A DNA stretch of 64,000 nucleotides, from the NCBI GenBank assembly GCA_000934665.2, contig JYFJ02000451.1, positions 1-64,000 of the forward strand, in the 5' to 3' direction. The notes under the pieces are model-generated. The model ran no database searches. It saw only the letters and a program-made list of their open reading frames with translations, and was not told the origin of the DNA. This DNA comes from Catajapyx aquilonaris (taxonomy: Eukaryota). Below, piece by piece: positions 1 through 9,582 of this stretch (within the stretch, counting starts at the first letter, position 1; the number at the start of each line of letters is the position of its first letter). Both the position numbers and the translations under genes were made by a program.

Positions 1-574
1 CGCCGGCCGGGGTTGCCAGGTAACGCACTACAACATAAGCAGCTTAGGCCGAATTTGTCAATAGCTGTTCGGACAAAAAAGTTGGACCACCCTGTATATA
101 ACCTGTGATCGTGCCACTGGGTGTCAGCAACATACTGTAAAGGCCAGGCAGATGGCGGCACAATTGATATTAATTTAGTTTCATGATTTGGTTCACCATA
201 ATCTGTGCCTCTCCCTTCTCACTTGATTTGCGTGTACCCTCTCCTGCTTACCTCATCATACAAATGGAGACTCGGTATATAGTCTGGGTATCCTTTTACA
301 TATGCTGCCATGGTGATTGCCGCCGGGCAAGCTTACCCGGGGTCACCAGACTAGGGGCCTAAAACATAGCTGAACTTAATTGTGTAGAATGGAGGGTCAC
401 TAAGCAACGGTTAATAGGGCCATCCTCAATCTGTTGATTTCCTAGTTTGTTCTAGTATCAGTGCTGTTGAACTCGTGGTGTTCCATTATATCAGCGTTTT
501 ATCACTTCGTTCCATTTTCCAGGCAGCTTTTGTTTTAGTGACTCGTGTTGGTGGAAACAAGTTAGCTGACCTAA

Positions 575-3500
575 ATGGCAGACCCAGAGAAGGCAATGGA
601 TGCGGGTGGAAATGACGCAGACACTGAGGAGGTGGAAGAAGAGGAGGTGGAGATGGTGCAGAACAAGATTGCCAACCAGCTCCTGAAGAACCCTGACATG
701 CTGGCTGCCCTGCAGGGGAAGCTGCATGCCATGACCCTCCCCCCACCTGTGAAGCGCCGAGTGAAGGCCCTCAAGAAGCTGCAGCTGGCCTGCACCCATA
801 TAGAGGCCAAGTTCTATGAGGAGGTGCATGCCCTGGAGTGCAAGTACCATGAGCAGTATTTGCCTCTTTATGAGAAGAGGTCACACATCTCCAATGGTAA
901 GGAACAGCTGGCTCGCAGCACTTGAACCAACTTGCTCAGTGGAATATGTCATTTGTTAGGGAGTGGGATGATAAAAATAGGTGTGGACCGATACACTCAA
1001 ATTTATTCTGCATTGAGGAGAGAACTGAACGATTGTTCAGCTCGTGACAGGACAGCTTGACTGTTTCAGATGCAGTCAGGTGGTGTTACTTATTCCGATG
1101 GCGCTTCTGTCCTGGTGTAGCCATGCCCATGCTGCTAAATTCGATGTCACTTATCAGCCAAGTTTCATTTGTTATTCCCAGGATGTGGCTCAGTGTTATG
1201 AAGTTTTCTTTCATGGATATGGATGTTGTGCAGAAAAAGTACTGCTATAGCCCAGATAAATATTTATGGATATGAAAAATTTGAAATGAATTAGGCAGAT
1301 GTGGCTAGTGATAAAACAGTCCATTTATATTTTCTTGTGCATGTGCATGGATTGAGCCTCCACTAGTGAATGAATTATTGCGTTCTGGATGACTCAGGGC
1401 ATGTGGTCAGCAGCTGATAAGGTGATAAGCTTGGATAAGGGTAATAATGACAATGGATACCTTGTGATTGGCCTGCATGGCCTTTTAGGACATCTTAGGA
1501 CATCAAGTGTCTGACGACGATGGATAACATGAGAAAACCGGTAACATGGAGAGAAATCAAAACTTTTCTGGGTGATAAAATTCTCTTCTCCAATCCAGGG
1601 ATCAAATGCATGACCTCAGGTGATAATGGCATCGTCTAAACTACTACATCACTGTGCACAGTGGTTTGAATAACCAATTGGATATGAACATAGATTTTTA
1701 ATATCTGATGTACTCACATTACCAAAACAATGAAGGCGGTCCATTTTGCGAAACTGCAGTTTTCCTGCAAACCACTCTTGACTAATGCAAATACAGGTTA
1801 GAATAGTCAATAGAGGATTCCATAGGGGTTGAAGTCCACTACTGCATATTTACTTTGGAGAAGAGATATCAGCGGCTCCCAACCTTGCAATGTGAATAGC
1901 CATTATCTTTTTGGCCATGGATTATGAGAACATGTTTACAAGTCACATCTATTGAATGCATGTGTAGTTAAAACCTGATTCACATGCTTTCTAGGTATTT
2001 TAATTCACTGACTGTTGCAAAATATTCCAAATATAGTTTTCAAGTCATTAAAATATCAAGAGCTGATGATCACGATCTGGATAAAAATTGTAGAGCATAT
2101 TTTAACATTCCTTTCATTCAAGGTGACTATGAGCCAAATGATGACGAATGTGAGTGGCCATCTGATGATGAACTCTCCGAAGAGGTGAAGTCTAAGCTGA
2201 AGCTGGAAGACAACAAGACCACAGAGGGTGGCGATGGAGAGAATCAGCAGGACCGGGGTATCCCAGATTTCTGGCTGACCATATTTAAGAACGTGGATAT
2301 GCTGGCCGAGATGGTCCAGGAGCATGATGAGCCTATCCTCAAGCACCTTACTGATGTCAGGGTCCGATTCACTGAGGCCAACCCTATGGTATGGAATATT
2401 GTCCATAAACCTATTTGAATTTCAAATACTGCATCTCAATTGTTAAGTGATTAAGTAATAACTTGTAATTTGCCTAAACTTGAATTATCTAAAGATTCTA
2501 AACTAAGTAATCTGGTCACATTCTAGTGTGTGATCAGTATGGAGGAGGAAACTTGGATTAAAATGGCATGATATAACATCAGAGTGAAGTCTATTTTCAC
2601 CTTCAGGGATATGTTCATGTTCTTAGTAGTGTAATGGTAGCTTGAGAGTTGATGGATGTAATGTCTGGCCTTATGTGCCTACCTCACTCAATGTAAATGT
2701 ACATACAGGGTGTAACAAGACCCCATGCATAAATTTTAAAGGTGGGTAGGGGACCCCAAAACAAACATTTTTGACCAATGAACCCACCCTCTAAAAAAAT
2801 CAGCAAATTTACTGAAATTGCTAACTGGTTAGTACCTGTAGTAACAGTTATGTGGTTGATGCTACTCAACAGGAGCGTTGTCATGGTATAGTGTTGACAA
2901 TTTAGTATACAGTACTGTAAAAAGTCATCACCACCACAAATCAATGAAAGCTGACATGAAACTCACCACCACCTTTATTGCACCCAACACAAAACTGTAA
3001 TTAAAGGAGCTGCTAAAAGTGTCCTCCAGCCACTTGTACACACAGCCTACAACGACGCACAAGAGATTCCCGAGTTGATTGGAACAACACTGAATTGTTT
3101 ATTTTCCAGACTTTTACTTGTTGTGTTGTACCAGACAATTACTTGTCAACACTACCATGACAACGCTACCATAGAGTAGCAGCAAACCACATAACTGTTA
3201 CCGTGCCACAGGTACTAACAAGTTATCAATTTCAGTAAATTTGATGATTTTTTAGAGGGTGGGTGATTTTTTTAGAGGGTGGGTTCATGGGTCAAAAATG
3301 TTTGTTTTGGGGTCCCCTACCCACCTTTAAAATTTATGCATGGGGTCTTGTTACACCCTGTATACAGGGTGGACGGAAAGTTTTGGACCCCCCCAGGTTT
3401 TTTAACCCTACTTTTCACAGCGTCTTTTCGCATCTTTTGAAAGTCCACAAGCAGTTCTAATGTACACTATCTTTTGAAGCATAATCTTGAGAACATCTGA

Positions 3501-6500
3501 GCACCTTTGCTCTCGCAATTCCATTAATATTCGCCTCTGTGACTCATCTAAACATCCTATCTGTTTTGCGTTTATTTTGCTTGTTGCCTTGGAGGACCCC
3601 TGGTCATATTCTGCCTCAGATAAGGTTTTTATGACCCTTTTCCATGAGTTCCCCTTCATGCAAATGTTGTGAACTCACTCCTGACCTTATTTTTTGCATT
3701 GGTCCATAGCCTGGTCCAATAAAAATTTGAAAGGAATGCATGAAATGGCGGACCCGGATGCATTACTTTCGAATTCTCACATTGGTGCCATCACATTTGT
3801 CTCCACTTTTACGTTAAAATAATTTTTTGGTGCGAAAGGACACGAACGAAAGGATGTGTCATGTTGATTAATTTACCAAGGTAGGACTGTTTCCTGTCCT
3901 TTCCCACCAAAAAATTATTTCAAAGTAAAAATGGAGACAAATGTGATGGTACCAATTTTAAAGTAATGCATCCGGGTCCGCCATTTCATGCATTCCTCTT
4001 CAAATTTTTATTGGACCAGGCTATGGACCAATGCGAAAAATAAGGTCAGGTGTAAGTTCACAACATTTGCATGAAGGGGAACTCATGGAAAAGGGTCATA
4101 AAAACCTTATCTGACGCAGAATATGACCAGGGGTCCTCCAAGGCAACAAGCGAAATAAACGCAAAATAGATAAGGATGTTTAGATGAGTCACAGAGGCGA
4201 AGTTATTAATGGAATTGCGAGAGCAAAGGTGCTCAGATGTTCTCAAGATTATGCTTCAAAAGATAGTGTACATTAGAACTGCTTGTGGACTTTTAAAAGA
4301 TGTGAAAAAACGCTGTGAAAAGTAGGGTTAAAAAACCTGGGGGGGTCCGAAACTTTCCGTCCACCCTGTATATTGTGATGCAGCACAATTTTAGCCGGCA
4401 CTCTCACATTCCTGGGGTATAATAGTTTATAATTTTGTGTAATACATTCTATATGTTTCAAAGTGATGTAGGAAACAATTGATATGATGATGACTTCTTT
4501 TACATTTACTAATGGATTGTGCGTGGGTATTGGGTATATGGGCGTTGCAGGGATTCGTGCTGGACTTCTGCTTCAGCTCAAATGATTACTTCACCAACCA
4601 AGTCCTGACCAAGGAGTATGAGATGAAGTGTGTCCCTGAAGAGACTGACCCTTTCAGCTTTGAGGGGCCTGAGATATACAAATGCAAGGTGAGTAGCGGC
4701 TGGAAAGAAATCTTGAGAATGGAAGAGGACATTATAACTGTCCGCGATACGATGTAATTGTATAATTGGAGGAAAGCTACTGTTTTGAATCTCATTATTT
4801 AAGTCACAGTGGCTCAACGCCAAAAGGTTGCCAACACTTGAGTGAAGCAAGGTGGTGAGCCAGTTTCTTCACCGATGCCTGTAACTTATAAGCATGAAAG
4901 CTTGACCCTAGTTGAGGACAACCTCTCTTCATCCCCCTTTCTGGCAGTTCAGATTTGTGACCAGAACTAGGGCAGTATAGAGAGGGATAGCAAACTCCTG
5001 TCATTTGGGATCCAGCCTTGATTGGTATCATTTCTGGGTTGCTGCATGTTTTGGCAGGAGACAAACCATTCCTTAATTTCTTCTCTCATCTGCTTATCAT
5101 TTTGACAAACTGAACTCACACCTGTTCCCTACACCTAGGGCTGCACCGTCGATTGGAAGAAGGGCAAGAATGTGACCGTGAAGACCATCAAGAAGAAGCA
5201 GAAGCACAAGTCTCGAGGGTCTGTCCGGACAGTCACCAAGACTGTGCAAAACGATTCATTTTTCAACTTCTTCAGCCCTCCCAGTGGTGAGTGCTCATTG
5301 CCACCCACATTTCATGGCCACCGTTACATGGAATCTTCATAAATGAATGTATCAAAGGATGAGTGAGGTTGATTGTGTCATTGATAGGCCATTAGTGGGG
5401 CTGTGTCTGGCATTTGGTATCAATAGTTTGCCCATCACTTCCTATCTCCCATCCCATGTCCTCCTATACCAGCCCCCAGTCACTCACCCTCTTTTCATGT
5501 GAGCTTAGGATTGGCCACGCTCGGCTCTAGAGGCAACTGCCTAGATGGTCACACCTTACCTAGCGGGGCAATTCTGAACCCTTTGGGTCGACTCCAATTG
5601 GCTGGAGTCTGAAAGGCCTCATGTGAAGTGCCATGTTGTGGCCCAAGGAGGCCAGCCAATCGGAGTCGACCAAAAGGGTTCAGAATTGCCCCGTTAGGTA
5701 AGGCGTGACCATCTCGGCAGTTTACTCTCGGGCTGACCGTGGCCAATCCCCCTCGGTGGGGGAGATTAGCTAAGCTCACTGGGGTAGCAATGTACTGGTA
5801 TAGGGAGTGACCGGGGGCTGTCCTGTACCCTTACATTTCATCTGTGGCAAAATGTTTTAAAAATACCCCATGGAAGTAGTATATGAAGTTTGCCTTCCAG
5901 TTCATAGTACATCATGTCCAATATTGTTCAAACCTCTCTTGTGGTTTGGAATGTTAAGCCTCTGTCTCCCGCTTGATAATGCACTCTTTGGGTGGGAGTT
6001 TAAAAAGAGCACCTTAGGTGAATATCACTGGATCTGGGACTTTTGGTTTTGCTCTCAATTCATGCACAAGAGGGGGCTGAACGTTGCGAGACATAAAAAG
6101 GCATATCAAGAGAGAGCATCAACCGCCTCATATACTATGCACAAGATGGTGGCGTCATCCTATTGCAACATGTATGCGTTTTTTTAGGCGGCTCCCACCC
6201 CTCTAAAAAATCCGAGATAATTATATATGATTTCCTAGTCTCTCTGATGAATTATGAAAACAAAAGTGCCTGGTTAAAAATATTTAAAGGTCCTGTTTAA
6301 GTGGAGGTAATGTGATCTGCCAGGTGCATAAAAAGACAGCTCATGTCAAGTGGGCAATGCCTAGAACTCCGAGCAGTCCGCCAATTAGGAGCAAGGACAC
6401 TTTACAACCCAAATGGCACCGGGGTAGTTGGCCTACCCTTCACAGATCATTCTGATTTTTTCCCTGGCAAAGAGTAAGTCGCAGAATCTCGGGAATTTTA

Positions 6501-8066
6501 AAATGGTTTCCAGCAGCATGTCCATATACCGGGAAATATGCAGCAGGGTGCTGCATGTATTTAGATTCAGGCAGTAAGTGTTTGTTTCATTTTGTTTACA
6601 ATGAATGAGAACTTTGGCCCATGACGTGCCATTAAAAATACCATGCGAGTGGTGGAAAGTAACACTTCTAGTTTCTATGGTGAAAGAAATTTCTGTTGGG
6701 GTCATACCAGTGAATTGAAACAAATTTTAAAACCAAAATGGGCTGCGGGAGACAAAGGGTTAATAGCTGAAAATACGTGACCACTCCCATGTGAACTTGA
6801 CTAATGTGCAACCTCTTATCTCGAGCAGTGCCTGATGACCCCGAAGCAGATGTGGATGAGGAGACCCAGGCCCTTTTGACAGCTGACTTTGAGATTGGCC
6901 ACTACATTCGTGAGAGGATCATCCCCCGAGCCGTGCTCTACTTCACAGGTCGGTGCAGACTAGACTCATATTGAGAGTGAGGGTGTCATTCACCCCCTTC
7001 GTTTCTTGCCTTGTTAACCAGTGCTCACGTGGTCCGTTGTACAGTCCCGAATTACACGTGCCTGTGGTCTATTCAGTTGGGATTGTAGAGGAATATTGTG
7101 ACCGAGCTGAGGCACTCCCAAATTTATTTATCATAAGTTGACTCTGGGTGTCTGTCTTAAATAGATCGTGTTGTAAGTGAATTTTGTTGTGCTGGGTGCT
7201 GGGTAATTGTCACCCATCGTGAAGGTGCTTGCAATTTCATGGATCACTTGAAATGCAGGTTACTTTGTTTACACTATACGAGGGTTATCCTCTTGTTAAT
7301 GTGTTGAGATGACTACATTTGTAGCGTAATGTTAGAGGCTGTGAGCTTGAGATATGTGGGAACTACTTCACATTGAAAGTGTTTATACTGAGGCAGTGAA
7401 GCCTTTTGTTGCTTGACAAGGTTGTGGAGTACGTGTAAGTTGAACGTAAGCGAAATTTCTATTGCCTAGTTTTTGGTGGCTGGGGCTGAAGGGTTTGACC
7501 GGGTGGAATGTTTCACTTTTGGGTTAGTGATGAGTATAACCAGATTTAATTCAGTTAAACGGAAATGTAGCTTGAATTACATTGGAATTGGGCATCAGTA
7601 ACATGCCGTCGTTATTCACTTGCCACATTTGAATCTACTTACGGCAGACATCCTTCCAGACTTGGCCTCAGTTTTGTCACAAGCGGATTCCATCTCGATT
7701 GACAGGACGGGTGCTCAAAATGTTGTACAGTATTGTGTGAGAATGTGTAGGGGAGATGTGTGAGTGGTCTATTTATTTTGCATATTAAGAACAGGATTAA
7801 AAAGGAAGCCATTGCTTGGAAGTCGTGGTGTTTATTCGTTCACCCCACACCTCTTACCTCACTTGTGATTGATTTTAGGGGAGGCTCTGGAGGAAGACGA
7901 GTTTGAGGAGGAGGAGGAGGACGGGGAGGAAGGGGAAGAGGGGGAGGAGGAAGACGAAGAAGAGGAGGACGATGCCGACTACAAGCCCAAGACACCCGCC
8001 AAGGGGACGGGTGGGGGGCAGGGACAAGGTCAGGGCCAGAACCCAGCAGAATGCAAGCAGCAGTAG
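575..8066 (+). CDS. NAP1L1: Nucleosome assembly protein 1-like histone chaperone (~393 aa, 6 coding exons)
   Basis: Exons 575-896, 2123-2388, 4551-4688, 5139-5286, 6829-6948 and 7879-8066 are joined by GT-AG introns and keep frame (1182 nt). NAP family motifs: VKRRVKALKKLQ, GIPDFWLTIFKN, FTNQVLTKEY, GCTVDWKKGKNVT, DSFFNFFSPP, DFEIGHYIRERIIPRAVLYFTGEA. Acidic tail and C-terminal CKQQ. It is a co-orthologue of NAP1L1/NAP1L4; a 5' non-coding exon probably lies upstream (acceptor AG at 521-522). Confidence 0.96.
1443..1660 (-). mobile_element. Degraded tRNA-derived SINE, related to the copy at 19428-19693
   Basis: The minus strand starts with a tRNA-like head (GTGATGTAGTAGTTTAG...GCATTTGATCCC). 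It ends with CCTAAAAGGCC...AGGCCAATCACAAGGTATCCATTG-(ATT), similar to the 3' tail of the 19.5-kb copy. Confidence 0.55.
2706..3360 (-). mobile_element. Tc1/mariner-derived non-autonomous element (long-TIR MITE) with a transposase C-terminal remnant
   Basis: TA-flanked; roughly 190-bp imperfect TIRs starting CAGGGTGTAACAAGACCCC and ending GGGGTCTTGTTACACCCTG. The minus-strand interior (~3096-3001) reads ...RESLVRRCRLCVQVAGGHF*QLL*, matching the GGHFEQLL-type transposase terminus, followed by AATAAA. Confidence 0.85.
3365..4368. mobile_element. Nearly fully palindromic ~1-kb Tc1/mariner-type MITE (foldback)
   Basis: Ends CAGGGTGGACGGAAAG and CTTTCCGTCCACCCTG, flanked by TA. The arms are about 470 bp; the mirrored ORF-track peptides (3487 + / 4058 -, 3263 + / 4273 -) result from this inversion. 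Confidence 0.9.
4921..5066 (+). ncRNA. Candidate intronic box H/ACA snoRNA in the NAP1 intron 4689-5138
   Basis: Hairpin 1: CCTCTCT/AGAGAGG with upper stem CCCTTTCTGG/CCAGAA-CT-AGGG. H box ATAGCA at 4987-4992. Hairpin 2: CTCCTGTCA/TGGCAGGAG. ACA at 5061-5063 followed by 3 nt. About 146 nt, sense to the host gene. Confidence 0.7.
5499..5779. mobile_element. Palindromic MITE-like element in a NAP1 intron
   Basis: GTGAGCTTAG...CTAAGCTCAC ends with roughly 100-bp inverted arms (GATGGTCACACCTTACCTAGCGGGGCAATTCTGAACC versus GGTTCAGAATTGCCCCGTTAGGTAAGGCGTGACCATC). Extra outer inverted blocks AGCCCCCAGTCACTC / GAGTGACCGGGGGCT. Confidence 0.75.
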
Positions 8067-8437
8067 ATGACGAAGCACAATTACCGTTATTTTTTGTGGG
8101 GATAGGGAGGGTACGAGGAGGATGACGACAGGTGGGGGAATTGAATCACATGGGGCGAATCAAGAGGGGGAAAAGATGAGGGAGACGTTCCTTTTTTTAA
8201 AAAAAAATTTTCCTCTCCCGATGACGTGTGGACCACACAACCACCTCTTGTTAGTCCCGCCCCTCCCTGAAGCCCAACTCGTTTATTATTTTGGTTGTAT
8301 GACTACTACCAGCATTGGATCTGACATGGTGGGCCCTGTTTCATTTTCGTTTGCAGCTGAACCACTCAACGTACCCACTTCCACAGTTTTTGTTTCACCG
8401 ACTTCCCCCACCAACCCCTCTCAGTCCCACCTCTTCC

Positions 8438-8520
8438 AATAAAAAGAATGTTTTGAGCTTGCATTTTTGCTGATGCCACCCACAAACAGTTACTGCTGTG
8501 CTTTGATTTTTGTTAATAAA
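8438..8520 (+). terminator. Two AATAAA polyadenylation signals of NAP1
   Basis: AATAAA at 8438-8443 and 8515-8520, about 370-450 nt after the stop codon, each followed by GT/T-rich sequence. Confidence 0.6.
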
Positions 8521-8616
8521 AAAAGAAGTTTTGTAATGAATTCAGTGTTTTCATGTCGGCTAAAGTGTCGCGAGGTCTAGTTGCACCGGCTCCAGCTAAT
8601 TGTGTTAAAGTTATCA

Positions 8617-8747
8617 GGCCGTGTTTACATAAGAGCGATTTGCGGAACAAATAGACCAACAGTTTGGGGCGAAAATCGATTTGTTACTTTCGCCCGAAAC
8701 AATATCAGTTTCGTTGCTCAGCGAAACGCTCATATGTAAACTAGGCC
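8617..8747. mobile_element. PIF/Harbinger-type MITE, family copy 1
   Basis: GGCCGTGTTTACAT...ATGTAAACTAGGCC TIRs with a 3-bp TCA duplication on both sides. The internal GGGCGAAAATC...TTGTTACTTTC core is shared with 46827-46971 and 49869-50021. Confidence 0.7.
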
Positions 8748-9582
8748 TCATTCCAAATGCTGTATCCTTGGTTGCTATTGAGGCAGACTTTTCCTTTCTC
8801 AGTATTCTCTCCCCCCCTCCTTTGATAGGCAAATAATGAGAAAATACACACCATTTTATCGTCGGAAGTGCCATTTATTACAGTAATTTGTATTTAGGGA
8901 CTTCATAAGATCAGTACAATTGTCTATATAAGAACACTTTGTGTTGACGACGTCGACGCATTTCCCCCCCCCAACATTCCCCCCCGCCCCAACCCAAAAT
9001 TTCCCGAGAGTTTGTAGTGCATTTCCCAACCCCCCCTCCCCACATTTGGAAAGGACCAACGACTAGAAGCAACATTTCCTTTCCCAAAAACCTGACAAAA
9101 TTTTGATAGAAACGAGTATTACATCAGCAAGGAAGGAACCAAATGTAAATGTGACAAAATCTGCCGCGAAAATTAATAAATAGAATCAATAAATTATCTT
9201 TGGTAGCAAAACAAGAGAATAGCATGCAACAGTAATCTTTGGTTCTGTGGCCTTTTAAAGAGTGGGCATGGAAGTCTATGGCTGACGAGACTGTCCGTAA
9301 CGAGGTTGTCAGTGGTTAAGTGACAAGCCCTGCACTGACCGCAGCTTACAAACCAGCCAAGGAATGGTGTGCCCACCTATCGGCCATTCCAGTAAAAGAA
9401 GAGCCGCCTATTAAATTTCTTCAATTACGCCTGTCTGCCGCGCGAAAGACAGTCACGAGTATAAGCAAGAGTGGAAAAGCGTTTACACCCCAGCTGACTG
9501 CCATGGAAAAGGTGAAGAGGAGGACAGCCAAACCAATGGTGGCTCCGACAGCTGGGGAAGGTGGGGTGGGGGGTGGGAGTTG

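Noticed and set aside
1478..1512. GGCCTTTT...ATCAAGTGT resembling the U2 snRNA 5' end
   Set aside because: It lies within the SINE tail; no Sm site or rest of U2.
2684..4461. Pairs of near-identical short ORFs on opposite strands (for example MRTSEHLCSRNS...)
   Set aside because: By-products of palindromic MITE arms, not duplicated genes.
7528..7620. Box C-like GTGATGA in the last NAP1 intron
   Set aside because: No downstream CTGA box D or terminal stem at a suitable distance.
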